DNA of 55,333 bases from Gekko japonicus (Eukaryota): positions 905,080 through 960,412 of the forward strand of contig NW_015173690.1 of assembly GCF_001447785.1 (NCBI RefSeq), in the 5' to 3' direction. Of the stretch, positions 37,251 through 49,691 are shown piece by piece. Within the stretch, counting starts at the first letter, position 1. Each line of letters starts with the position of its first letter. Made by a program: the position numbers and the translations under genes. The notes below the pieces were generated by a model. That model saw nothing but the letters and a program-made list of their open reading frames with translations, was not told the origin of the DNA and ran no database searches.

Positions 37251-39358
37251 GTATGTTTGGTTAACTCAATCTCAGACATAATACATCTTTACCTATTTAC
37301 TATTGAAAAATGCATGTAATTGTTTTCCATGAGCAAGTATTTTTTGTCGTCTTGTGGTCATAAGCCATTTTTCACATACAGCACATCTTTTTGAGAGATC
37401 TTAACCGTCTTGTTGAATCACTTAGTTTGAGAGGGAATTTGTCTACTCATATCTCTTGTAAAACTTCATGTTAGTTTCTAGCAAGTTTCAGGAATACTAG
37501 AGGGAATATTTCTGCCTATTTGAAATATTAGATGATGAGTTCTTGTCATAAATATCTTTTTAAAAGTATATTTACACCTACAAGAGAGATCTGTTCATAA
37601 TGTTATCGCTTTTTCCCAGAAAATAAATAGTTATACTATTTCATGTAGGGTTTATTATTCTTGGAACTTTTTTACATCCACAGTCCTTAATTTTGCAGAG
37701 AAGACAGAGTTGTGTTGCTACTAGAAACTTACCCATTCCTCTGTGAATTGTTTGGTTTTCCCATAGGACTTTTTATACACTTCTCAACGGAACAGCGTAT
37801 TTCGTAATGAAAACATCCTTTGAGATAGATAGATATATATATACTGTACAGCAGGAAAATGCAGAACATTAAGAAACTGACTGATAGACTACAAAGAAGG
37901 ATTAGAGAACAGCTAGAAGATGCTTGTGTTCAAACAGCAAAATATAAATTAGCTCCAGTAACACTGGTTTTTAAACTGTGGCCCATGGCCTACCAATAGT
38001 ATGTGATGTACCTACTGATGAAAATACAAAGTACCAATTTACAACTACAAATATTGGAGGGCTTTTCTAGAATGAACAATAATGAACTTTGAATTTAAAT
38101 TCAAATTATGCTACAGTTTATTATAGCCATTCTGAACTCTGTGGGCAAATGTAAGGATGAATGAAGTGGCCCTGAGTAGTATAGTCTCCATTGGAGACAG
38201 CCCTTCTGGAACAGTGCAAGTCTCCCCTTTCTAAAGGCAGCCATGATGGTCAGGAAGTTTTGGGAACAAGGTGGGATCTGGCATAGAAGGCTGCTGCTCG
38301 GGGGGGGGGTGTCACCTGAAACTGTTCTGTTGCATGAGGGGGAAGGAAATTTCAGCTGATCCACTGTCTTACTGCAGTCCCTTGCACTGCATACCAAACA
38401 ATTCTTGAAGGGCCCCAAACCTTAAAAAAAACTTTTTTGAGGGGGGCTGCTCTGGAAACGGGGTTGGCATCAAAGGCCTCTTTCATTTACTTGCTCAGTT
38501 TGTGGATCCAGCTCATGGAATATATACAGACGTAGCATAGTTTACCTGCTGTTTTACAAAGCATCCCCTTTCCCTTTATTATCTATGGTTTCACTGGAGA
38601 GAACACTGAATTGCATTTTAATTTAGAAGCCTTTCAGAAATTTTCCATGTGGCTGTGGCCTGTGAAAATATAGTAGTCTTCAAAGAATGGAAGAGTAAAC
38701 CCTACACACCTCAAAGTGTAGGAATTGCTGACATAAGAAATCACCGTGGGAAGGCATTGCCTTACTTGTTAAGCACAAGTTCATAGTTCATTGTATCAGT
38801 CTTACATACTCAGATAAGAAATATTTTGCTGCTATTTTTTTTTGTTTTTAATCAAATACCATGGCTGCTGCATTTTTTTTTTTTGGTGTTTCTATTCTCA
38901 AATAAAAACAGATATATCTGTCAGAGTGGCTTCTGGAAGAGATGACACAATCACTGTTCAAATTTTTTGTTGCTGACTTTTATATATAAAGGCTGTCAAC
39001 TTTAGGTAGATAAATAGCAAGATGTGCTCTTTTGAGCTTTGTGAAAACTACATTCATAGTTAATTTCCTTAGTTTATGTGCTACATTTTTACTCATGCTG
39101 GCAGTTTTTCATGATATTTAATGGCATCATCTAAAATGTTGAAATTCAAGCCCAACAATAAAGTTTTATTTGGTCTTTCCTTATTCTGTGACCCATCTGT
39201 ACTTTGGGACACTTCACTTGTCTTCCATCTGTTTTCATGAAGTTGGTTTAAGTTATAGTTAGTAAGATTTTGAGATTACCCAAACATTTATGATACATGA
39301 ATTCAACCAAACATTCTTTGTACAAGTTCCAGAGTATTAATTATTGTATGTATGGCAG

Positions 39359-39550
39359 GCAACCCAAAGTTACCTTGACGAATATTCTGAGGACGAAAAC
39401 AGGAAGAAAATACGTGCAAACTCATCTTTTAGCTGATGCTAATCTATCTGATGCTAGCAATTTGCAATCAGATGAAGAGCCCTCCTCATCTGTTGCCAGC
39501 CAATCATGTCAAAAAATAAGTTCTCAACAAAGCTGTATTTTATCAAAAAG
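39359..39550 (+). CDS. SENP7: SENP7 exon 6 (second PxVxL HP1-box repeat)
   Basis: QPKVTLTNILRTKTGRKYVQT...SCILSK(R), 192 nt, symmetric phase 2. Compare human IPRVILTNVLGTELGRKY. Confidence 0.93.
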
Positions 39551-42126
39551 GTATGTCATCCAGCATAGTATTTTTGTGATTTTGGTCCTTAAACTAATAT
39601 TGCTAAAATATGATTCGGTTGCAACTAACATTTACAAGGATGTACATTTGAAATTGTGAACATATGATACAGTCCCCCTAAAGTTAAATGCTTTAACAGT
39701 GCAACCCTAAGCAGTGTTCTACCAGACTAAAGCCATTAATTTCAATGTACTAGATTGGAGTAACTGCATAGGATTGCACTGTGAGAATTACACACATACT
39801 CAACTGTCTAACTGAAATAAATGGGATTCAAAATAACTTAAACTGTAGCTCACCTTTTTTGTATTTTGTGTGTTCACATGCATGTTTGCATGCTTCTTCA
39901 GTGCTTCTCTAGTTTCCATAGATGTGCTTTGGGAATGATTTCCATGGAGGAATATTCATGGAGACTGTTGTGGGGAAATTGTCATTATAATATCCTATCA
40001 TATAATAAAATAAATTGAATGCTTGAAGTTTAGGGATTATTTATGTTGCTGCCATCAGAATTCAGTGGTTCGCACCACTGTGGTCAGTATAAATTAGTAG
40101 CCATGTATTGACTCTGTCATTCTAAAGTCTTCTGTATGAATTTATATGTAAGAGGGGGAATTACTTGCCGTTTACTTTATAATATAGGCACCTTAACCAA
40201 AACAGAATAGGGGAAGAGTACATATTTTAAAAATATATTATTTTAAGACTGTTATGAAGCCTTTTGCAGGATTACAAAAAGTTTATTTAGTATGTTAATT
40301 ACTCCTTAGTTGATCAGTTGGTGAGAGCCAAGTAATGAGTGGATCTGAGAGTTAAAGGTACACATTTATCTCTTGAGGTTCTGTTAGTCCCAATGAATTA
40401 CTGTATGGAAAAAGAAAATATTAAAAGTGGCCTTTCCCTCTAACAGAGAGCTTTTGTTCATTGAACTGTAGTTTTGCTAATAATTCCTTTACTTGTGATG
40501 CAATCCTATGTGGAGTCATTCCGGTCTAAGCCCACTGAAATATTTAAAAGCTACCTATAGGGAAATTTTGGCAGGAAGCAAACTTATTTATAATTAATTA
40601 ATTGATTTACTAGGTAATGGTTTAATCAATTAAATTTCTTCAATTTGTTGCTAGCCATAGTACTATGATGGTGTGTTATGTAAAGTTCACAAGCTGTTCT
40701 AGACTATCAGGGAAAGATAGGGTAATAAGGAACATCAATATGGAAGTGGGAATCCTTTTTATTATTAATCTTTTTCAGTTATGGAAGTGCATCTACGAGT
40801 CACTTCAATGAGGAAAATGGTGTCAGAAGGACTTGTACCCATGACTGTTTACTGCACAGGGGTTCCAAAAATCCCAGTTACAGTCATAAGTGACCCCTAA
40901 ATTATTCTGTCTGTAATTTGTCATTTACAAATGAGTAAACGTGGTGGCATAAAAAGTTCTCCTTAATCAGGAGACGTTGTTTCTGAAAGCTACAGGAATG
41001 TATATAAAGTAAATGCTGAAGTAGGCTCTTTCCACTTTCCAGGGAGGTGTGCAAATTACACTAACAAGGTGCAACTGAAAGTGCAGATCAGTTTGAAGCA
41101 GTTTGAGGCTCATACCTGGGCTTTGTAAAAGTGAGTGGACACCTGGGTCTGTGATTTGTTGTAAAACAGAAGAGCAGGAACAGTCATTTGGCATTACTTT
41201 CTCCATTCGTTGTACAAAATAATTGCAGGCGAAAAATAAGACTAGAGGGAAGGAAATCAGAAGAAGAGAAAGTGATATAGTGAAACTTAAACATTAGCCT
41301 CGTATTTAAACTCCTGTCCCAGAGTTCCTGCCAACAATGCTGAAATCGTGAACATTGATTGTTGCTTTTCCTACATTACAACTGCATAAGATATTTGATT
41401 CCCATTCTGTTTTTAAAAAGTGGGTTATGTTAAAAAGAAAAAGTGGGTTATGTTTATTTTTGAAAGTGCTGATTCGGGATAGATAATGTTTCAGAATGAG
41501 TACTTTTGTATATAATTTCAAGAAATGGGGCATTTGTCTTTTTGGATTTACTAATATAATGTCTGAAAGTGGAAAGATATGTGGTGTTAGGGGTTTGGTC
41601 TTCTGTTGGCTTGGTCCCAGGAGACTCCCACAAGGGCCTACAAGTACACAGAAGTTATATATCTAATGGGGGGGGGGCAGTCTGCGAATACGTAAATCTG
41701 CAGGTTAGGCTCACTTCCATGGAAAGAAGATTTTTCAGCGAACTTGGGGGGAACCCCCTGGTTTGCAGAAAAATCTGAGAACTTCAAACAAAAATGGAGA
41801 GGGTGGATTAAATTTGCCAGAAACACTGTAAGGCTGTCCACGCTTGCACACAGAAGACAACTATCCTCTGGCTTCATTGCTCTCCTTGCAGTGAAGGCAG
41901 CAGTTGTAGTAGTGGCTGTTGCCATCTCTTGAGCTAGGCAGGTAGAGGCTCTATGCAGAAGGGGAGCCAAAGGGAGGAGGGGGGGGGCTTGAGGCAGTGG
42001 CTGCCCTTCTGATAGGCAGGTGGGTGAGCAGGGAAGGAAGAGTGGGAACTGGTTCCTTCCACCTCCGTGCTGAGCTGCAGAAGCAAGAACAGCAGGAGCC
42101 AGCAAGTGGGTGGACATGGGCGGGGG

Positions 42127-42374
42127 TAGGGTTGCCAAGTCGACTTACCTCTCCGGCGGGGGACTTTGTGGCGGCTCCTGGCATGTGCGCGCGCCACATG
42201 TACGTCACCTCAAATGGCTGTGCCCCGCCCCCAGCGTGCCCGGCGTCATGACATCACTTCCCTGTGACGTGCATCCGGGGGTGGGGTTTCCCCTGGGGCC
42301 CGATTCTGCGGGGGCGGAAATTGGGCCTCCAAAGCGGGGGGAAATCCGCCCCCCGGGGGGATTTGGCAGCCCTA
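42127..42374. mobile_element. GC-rich hAT-type MITE
   Basis: TIRs TAGGGTTGCCAA / TTGGCAGCCCTA, imperfect 8-bp TSD. Confidence 0.75.
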
Positions 42375-42397
42375 GCAGGGGGAGAAGGAAAGAGAGA

Positions 42398-42550
42398 AGG
42401 GGCGTTTTCACACATGCTATATAATGCATTTTCAATCCACTTTAGCGACTGTTTGCAGGTGGATTTTGCCATTTCACACAGTAAAATCCAGTTGCAAAGT
42501 GCATTTGGAAGTGTATTGACAGTGTGTTATTTGTGTGTGAAAGCACCCCT
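42398..42550. mobile_element. Short palindromic MITE
   Basis: TIRs AGGGGCGTTTTCACACA / TGTGTGAAAGCACCCCT. Confidence 0.7.
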
Positions 42551-42604
42551 AAGGTAACAGGAGAGTGTGTGAGAGAGACAGAAAGGATGCAAAAAAAATT
42601 AATA

Positions 42605-42606
42605 AC

Positions 42607-42637
<31 letters not shown>

Positions 42638-42700
42638 AACCAGAGGGACTGAGAAAGAAAGAAATGTGTGTGTGTATGCCTGTGTGTGAGAGAGAAAGAC
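42605..42700. repeat. (TG)n/(GA)n microsatellite
   Basis: Directly visible dinucleotide runs. Confidence 0.8.
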
Positions 42701-44094
42701 AGGGACAGAAGGCTGTCCCATCCCTGAGGGAATAACAGCTGCTCACTTGAGCACAGCTGGAGTGGAGTTGAGTTCTGCGTTAGGGAGACAGCAGTGAGAA
42801 CTCAGGTCTGGCTCATGAAAAGAGCAGACAGAGTGAAGGGTAGCTCTGCTTGATAGTGTGGCAGAGTGGTTGGGCTCTACTTCCGACAGAGAATAGAGTA
42901 CCCAATTGTTAGGCCTGTCTCTGGCAATGAGCAGACCTTGTGCCATTTAGTCTGCCTCTTGGGAAAGGGCAGGCTGGTGTGGGTGGAATCCTCTGTGTGT
43001 ATGAGGATCTAACCTAGTGGCTAATCAGTAAAAGCCTGTTTATGCTTGAAAATTGAAACTAAATTAATGTGCCTCAGCCAAGTTTCTCTTTTGTCTATCT
43101 GGAGTCCTGTGCTGCTGAATTGTTCATGGAAACTAGTCTGTAAATAAACAAATCTTCTTTGTGGTTAATTTACAATTCCTGCCTCAGTGACCTCCATACT
43201 CTACTACTGCACCACAAAACTTACCTCAAAGCAGCGAACCCAAAGTCTGTACACTCGCTACCTTTAGAACACCTGGTAATTGAGGGGAAGGGTTATAGTT
43301 TAAAATAAACCTGGTTCCCTCAAAATCATAGGAGGCTGTGTGGGTCCCCTCAGGTGATAGAAACGGCCTGTCACAGTGTGCAGGTGCACGCATGTGAGAG
43401 TGGGATGGAGAAAGAGAAATTAAGGACACAGTGTTTGCATGTGTGAGGCCCTAGGGACATGGAAAGAAAGAAATCAACAATGGTGTGTGTGTTTGATACG
43501 AGGGCATTTGGGGGATGAGAATTTGTGTTTCAGGAGGCATGGAGGTTCTAGAAGGAGTGGCAGCAGAGGTTAAGGGGACAGATAGCAAGAGAAAGACAGA
43601 TATTGAGGAAGGGAGAACTAGAGAGAGAAGACTAAGAAGAAGAGAGAAACAGAAAGAGAGGAGGAGAGGCAGAAGTAGAGAGGAAGCAAGAGTGGACAGA
43701 ATGTGATGGCTGCTTCCACAGTTTTCGTGCAGGTCTCCACTTGTAACTTATAAGAATATATCAAAGGAAGGAATTCTGCAGGTAGTAGTTCTTCCTTCTC
43801 TTCTTTCTCTGTCCTTTCCAGCATAGCTTGCAGAGAAAAACTCCACCTCATGCATGATTTTATAAACCTCTCTTATGTTTCTCTTTAGCCATCTTTTTTC
43901 TTAACAAACTCTTCAGTTCAGGGGGTTCTCCACTCCCTCAATCACCTTGGGTGCCCTCTTCTGTAGTTTCCAGCTCTGCAGTATCCCTTTTGAGACACGG
44001 CAACTAGAACTGCATGTGATATTTGCACTGAAGCTACACCATAGCTCTGTATAAGAAGGGCATTATAATATTGACCATTATAATATTGGCCTGG

Positions 44095-44288
44095 CCTGCC
44101 CTGGATGGCCCAGGCTAGCCAAGCAGGGTCAGCCCTGGTTAGTACTTAGATGGGAGATCACCAAGGAATTCCAGGATTGATACGCAGAGGTAGGCAATAG
44201 CAAATCACCTCTGAACATTTCTTGCCTTGAAAAACCCTACAGGGTCACCATAAGTCGGCTGCAACTTGATGGCACTTTCCACCACCAC
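44095..44288 (+). mobile_element. 5S rRNA-derived SINE inserted in a CR1 fragment
   Basis: AAGCAGGGTCAGCCCTGGTTAGTACTTAGATGGGAGA (5S internal control region) and a CCACCACCA tail. Confidence 0.8.
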
Positions 44289-44599
44289 ATAATATTGATC
44301 ACTTAATAATTCCCAGCATGGAGTTTACCTTTTTCATTGCTGTAACACACTGATTTGACATTCTCATCAAGATTTCTGTTGCAGAATTTACTCCTAAATG
44401 AGACTAGGCCTTTTTGAGCATCATCTGGAATTGGCTTTAACATCTGTTCTTTGGTGCAATATCACACAAGGCTTTGCACCCGGCTAGTGCTATATTATTT
44501 CAAGTAAGCATTGCCCTGCATATGCCCTTGGCATATGAGCATAGTTAACATTCCAGGAGACAAGGGTACCAGGCTCAAATCTAAACATATAGATTATCA

Positions 44600-44762
44600 A
44601 ATTTAGAGTCCAGCGGCACCTTTAAGACAGCAAAGCTTTATTCAATGTATGAGGGGAAGGGAAAGCTCATACCTCGAATAAACTTTTGTTGGTCTTAAAG
44701 GTGCCACTGGACTCTAAATTTGTTCTACTGCTTCAGACCAACATGGCTGACTACCTGGATCT
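44600..44762. mobile_element. Penelope-like fragment, inverted, with 13-bp flanking duplication
   Basis: ATATAGATTATCA at 44587-44599 and 44763-44775. Internal inverted repeat AATTTAGAGTCCAG..CTGGACTCTAAATT. Confidence 0.72.
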
Positions 44763-46321
44763 ATATAGATTATCAGTTTATGTGGCTCCTTAGCTCCCTA
44801 TCCTTGATGAAGAGGCTGTCTAGAGCCTCTTGACCTCACAGATAATAAACTAACTTTGGGCAAAGTTCATACTGCCAACATATGAGGGGCTGGGTCTTGT
44901 CAAGCTCCTCACATTCCTAATTGACATCTACATTTGATTCTATAGACTGCAGATCGCTTGTGCTTGCATTGCTCTGGGCTGCATGCCAACAACTCCCGGT
45001 GATTCTCTGTGGGTCTTGGTAGGCAGACAGACTATATTCCAATTGCATGTATTCAGGGCACTCTGTCTGAGGTACTGGGTTTTTCTTTGTACTGTATGTT
45101 ACACATTAAGGTTTTCTGCAAGTTTCTGAAGTTCAATAAATAGTTCTAGTGTGGCACAACTGCTCTTTTCTGTTCCTCGGAAAAGATTTGGTCTCTAGCC
45201 AGCCTCCATCCAGCCCATTGAACTCTGGTGAGGCCTGAGGTCCCAAGGAACACTCCTGGGCTCAGGAATTCCTCAACACTTTCCACCAGAATCCCAAAAT
45301 CTTTCCATCTTAATCTCACTTCAGACCCCATCAGCAAAGTTAGTTTTTTGTAGTTGTTGTTCCATTGTGCATAACCTACACTTACCAATATCGAACTTCA
45401 TTTGCCACACTGTTTTCCAGTCACCCAAATTAGAACCTTCAGTGGTTTTTACAATTTGTCCTGCTTTTCACCATCCTGAATACTTTTGTAACATCTGCTC
45501 TCCCCCAGTTCAAGAGCAGTTATAAATAAGTAGCGCTGGTCCCAGTACCAATCCTTGTGGGATCCCACCACTTACTTCCCTCCACTGTGTGGATAACCAG
45601 TGTTTCTTTACAATAGCCCTCCAAGAACAAGGCACACCTGCCTGCAATCATGCATTGCCCATCAAGAATTTGAACCAAGAATATAAGCAACTCCTTAGTC
45701 TGGCCTTTTAGAAGAAATCAGTGTTATTCATAGGTTTAGTTCTCACTGAATTGGTAATCCTGTGCCTGTGTTGTACCACTTCAAACTGCAGGTGGCAGGT
45801 CATATGATTCAGTGCTGTTTCGTATATATTTAAAAATCCCCACATACAGAGAACTAGCAAGTCAAAAAGAAGACTGGGTTAGAACCATTTGTGTAGAGGA
45901 ACAGTCTGTATAGCTTCACTTTCACTAACCTTGCTGATATGAGAACTAGACCTTAATCTTGGTGAATATGTAAAAAGTCCTAAGAGGACTCATAAATATG
46001 TTTATACTCACTTTATGATCTTTTAAATTGCCAGGGCACTGCAATGCTTATACAGTATAAATGAAAATATCTTTTAATCTTTCTGAGGAAATTAGTTCAC
46101 TAAATCAATAGCTACTTAATGCACGTGAGGCATGAAATTGTATTTTTAACATCTGTATGTAACAGCCAGTTACTTAGATCACATATATAGTGATCTGAAC
46201 CCCCCCCCTTGTTCTTGAGTGTCCAAGAGGTGATGTTAGATCTGTGTTTGTGTGAGGAAGTTTGCACTCACTTGCCTCCTCCCCTCCTGCTGTATAGGGT
46301 GGAACCTGCCACCACTCAGAC

Positions 46322-46580
46322 TTAATTGCCTGCCTTTGCTGTTAGCACCATCACTGAATCCCCCACAGTAAAGGTGTGTAAGCATGCCTTTAAGTCATAA
46401 TAAAGTTTTTGAGTGTCCTGGGCTGCAGCAGATTTTTCACACATCAGGGTGAATGCATCCCTGAGAGAATATTGCCAGTTATCAACATAGCTCATCATGG
46501 AAGTAGAATCTGTAGCCAGCTCCTGCTCCCAGTGAGCCTTACTTACATCCAATTACTTCCTGGGGTGTTAAGCAAGGCAT
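46322..46580 (-). mobile_element. Degenerate Ty3/Gypsy integrase C-terminal fragment
   Basis: AAQDTQKLYYD...FTVGDSVMVL motif typical of the region after the Gypsy integrase core. Confidence 0.6.
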
Positions 46581-46868
46581 CCTGCAATTCCCAATCAGAA
46601 CAATATAATTAGTATATGTGTCTTTCTCTCCACACATGTGCTGACTGAAAGAAGCGGGGAGAGGAGAATGCAACTTAAATATGCAATCTGACTTGATAGT
46701 AGGTTTATGAGTTTTCTTGAAATCTGACTGAAGGAGGATTCAATTAGTTTTAAATTTAGTGAACATTGAGGTTTACATATCAAGGAGGAGGTTGGATCAT
46801 CTGTAAACATTATTAATCATTGTTAAAGGTTTAAGTGAGATTAATGACTTTGGTTTCTCCCCTTCCAG

Positions 46869-46978
46869 GCATGGAAGATATCATAGAAGGCCAAATGACC
46901 ATCTTCTGAAACCCTCTAAAGAGACAGAAAGTAGCAATTCAGTACCGACTCTAAGAAGATGTGATGTGGTGCTAGAAG
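46869..46978 (+). CDS. SENP7: SENP7 exon 7
   Basis: ccttccag|HGRYHRRPNDHLLKPSKETESSNSVPTLRRCDVVLE|gtttgc. 110 nt, phase 2 to 1. Confidence 0.75.
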
Positions 46979-47401
46979 GTTTGCAATTAAGACATTTTAT
47001 AATGCATTTCACTATTTGGATGTGACATTTAAACTGAATGGATTTGCTAAGGTAGAATTCTTCTTGTCCAGATTGAGATACAGACTGAAAGTTCTGTTCA
47101 ATAGATTATCCAAATCCTTTTATTTCCACAAACATAATAGGAATCCTTGATGTTATTACTGATCATTTCATCCTTGAATTTAGTCCCACAGACTGCTGTG
47201 TAACATATTTTAATTCAAGTTTGTTATGCAGCAATCTTTAGCTTACTTACCTGAATGCAGTATAGTTTATTCCTGTTAAAGTACTAGAAATTTAAAATCA
47301 CCCAGTTAGTTACCTACACTCAGTAACAGTGGAACAGGATGGATGTGTAAAGAAAAATGGTTCCTTGCTCTGTTCTGTAAAATAAAATCTTTGGTTCAGG
47401 C

Positions 47402-48313
47402 TGTCAAAAGAATCTTCCCAGAGATGGTTAGAGATATCATGGTGACCTTGCCAGAGCTAAATTGTTTTCAGCTGAAGGTAGTACCAACCGCCCTTGAACC
47501 TCTAATTAGCACATTCCAAGCAATTGAGCTCTAGACACCTCTGCGGGGGCAGGGACAGACCTATCTGTAGTGTGGTTTCATTGCTCTCCCTCTTTCTCTT
47601 GTTCATCCTTGGATGTCATATGCCTAGCAACTCAGAGAGGTACATCACCTTTCGGGTATCTCATTGGTGTAAAGGCCTAAGACCAATCAGAGAACCTTTT
47701 CCTATAAATCTAGTTAGCCCTTACATTATGGCTAGCGGAGCTTGTGACTACTTGACACAACATTATGTCAGTGGTTCAGAGCTCCCAGAATGGCATCCCA
47801 CTTGATTCCTGCCTGTACTGGCTAATGTTGTGAACATCTTGTCTCGCTGGAACTGACTGCCTTTGCTGAACCTGGAACCTTGTTTCTGTATGTTTAGCTA
47901 TGCTGGAAAAGCTTAGGTTTAATTGTTTTATTTCCTTCACTATGTTTTATACATTTTTGCACCTTAAATAAATAATTCTATTTTTACTCTGTCGTGGTTT
48001 TTGCCTTCAATAGCCTCAAAGCCTTAAATCCAGAGCCTTGGCTCTTGACTGCCTACCAGTTAACTGTTTTGTCTTGGAAACTCAGGCTGCAGTCCCACTC
48101 TGCAGGGCTGACTTTTCTTGTTCAGTTCCCTGAGAAGCCGGGAGGCTTGGTCTTTCACTCCTGGGCTGTTGGGATAGATTGGAAGATCTGGTGGCAACCT
48201 ACCAAGACTAGGGTGAGTTTTAGACTCTCTCTGGTACTTTGTAACTTTGTTTTGCAACGCACTCCCCTTGCACCAAAAGTCCTTACCCGGGGTTGAGACT
48301 GGAACTTTTGACA
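47402..48313 (+). mobile_element. Solo LTR (about 912 bp)
   Basis: TGTCAAAAG...CTTTTGACA termini, CCAAT about 47683, TATAAA about 47703, AATAAA about 47968. No clean TSD. Confidence 0.65.
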
Positions 48314-48663
48314 GGATGTTTCCCTATTCTTTTAGTATGTGTTTATACATTAAGTTACAGTCTGTATTATAATGACTGTGAGTACAGAACTGGAAGTGCT
48401 AATTATTTCAGATATATTTAATGCAGTAAAAATTGCATAAATTATTCTTGCATGTCTTACGTGTAAGTATTTCTTAACATACTACTGATTTGGAAACTAA
48501 GTAGATTTTCTAGATGAAGTAAATTAGGGTAATAGGGTGAAGACACTGGTTTTTGGTCCATCTTCATATCATTATGCCTTAAGCAGTGGGTCTAAAGTAG
48601 TGTCAAAAGTGTATTTCAATCTACCTTTACTTGACTGTTCTATTTTTAAAATTTTAAATACAG

Positions 48664-48842
48664 ACTGTAGCATACAGAATAAAGAAAGAGATAATCAAGA
48701 TAGAGGAAGAAAAGATTCAAAGAATGCCTCTGCTGATTGGAGGGAAATATGCTTTCAAAATAATGAATGCAGAAAAAGAAGAAGTGAAGGTTTTTCAAGT
48801 CAGTGGAATGTACATTCTCAAAAAAAATCATTATTGTGTAGT
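48664..48842 (+). CDS. SENP7: SENP7 exon 8
   Basis: atacag|(D)CSIQNKERDNQDRGRKDS...KKSLLCS|gtgagt. 179 nt, phase 1 to 0. Confidence 0.78.
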
Positions 48843-48996
48843 GTGAGTAATGTTTATATGTTTTAGTCACAGTAATTAAAAGAATGATAAGTTGTACCAA
48901 TAACTAATATATTGTTTTGTCTTAGATATAATGTGTGCATAAATATATGCTGGTATATGTACCAAACTAGTATATTTGCCAGTCTCTAGAAATACC

Positions 48997-49213
48997 AGCC
49001 CTGACCTGGATAGTCCAGGCTAGCCCAATTTCATTAGCTCTCAGAAGCTAAGCAGGGTCATCCCTGGCTAGTAGATTGATGGAAAATCTCTAAGGAATAC
49101 CAGGATCATGATACAGAGGCAAGCAATGACAAACCACCTCTGAACATCTCTTGCCCTGGAAACTCTATGGGTCGCCATAAGTCAGCTGTGACTTGATGGC
49201 ACTTTCCACCACC
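48997..49213 (+). mobile_element. 5S rRNA-derived SINE
   Basis: CTCAGAAGCTAAGCAGGGTC...GGAATACCAGG. Same tail as the 44095 copy. Confidence 0.8.
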
Positions 49214-49691
49214 CTCCCACCTTTTCCCCACTTTGAAGGCTGCTGACATCAGTACAAATACTCTAAAAGTAGCAGTGATCATTTAAATAACAGCCAGAGC
49301 AATTTAAAATTCAAAATTTCTCTGTACCTGCAGGTAGATCCAGAAAATAGACTCAGTCCCAGAAAACTCTTCCTTGAAAGTCTTATGAAATTATGGATGA
49401 AGAATATTTATTTTAAGGAGCCATAAACAACCACAGAGGGGAGGGTACATAGAAACTCCTTCTGAGCTGTGACTTGACGACAACAGCAACAACAGAAATA
49501 TCACGTTGAGACATATTTCAGTGTGGGGCATTTCTGAGTCCAAGTGAAATGTCCCAGATTTTGAAATGTCATGGGGGGGGGGGATCCTGAGCGGACCGAG
49601 GCTTTGGTGTGCATGTGATAGTACTGGCAGGCCCATGGCAGGGTAAGGCAATGTCTGATCTTGCAGCATCTTTCCCAATGCAGGTTGTGTT

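Noticed and set aside
41930-42400. CpG-rich patch as an internal promoter or gene
   Set aside because: Explained by a young GC-rich MITE with TIRs. The ORFs are low-complexity.
44110-44175. 5S rRNA-like sequence (also 49035 and 12400)
   Set aside because: Partial, diverged and embedded in a repeated SINE. Not a 5S gene.
49334-49426. Acceptor ctgcag| followed by VDPENRLSPRK... as a possible SENP7 exon
   Set aside because: In-frame stop with no good donor. Exons 48664-48842 and 51221-51569 already join in phase.
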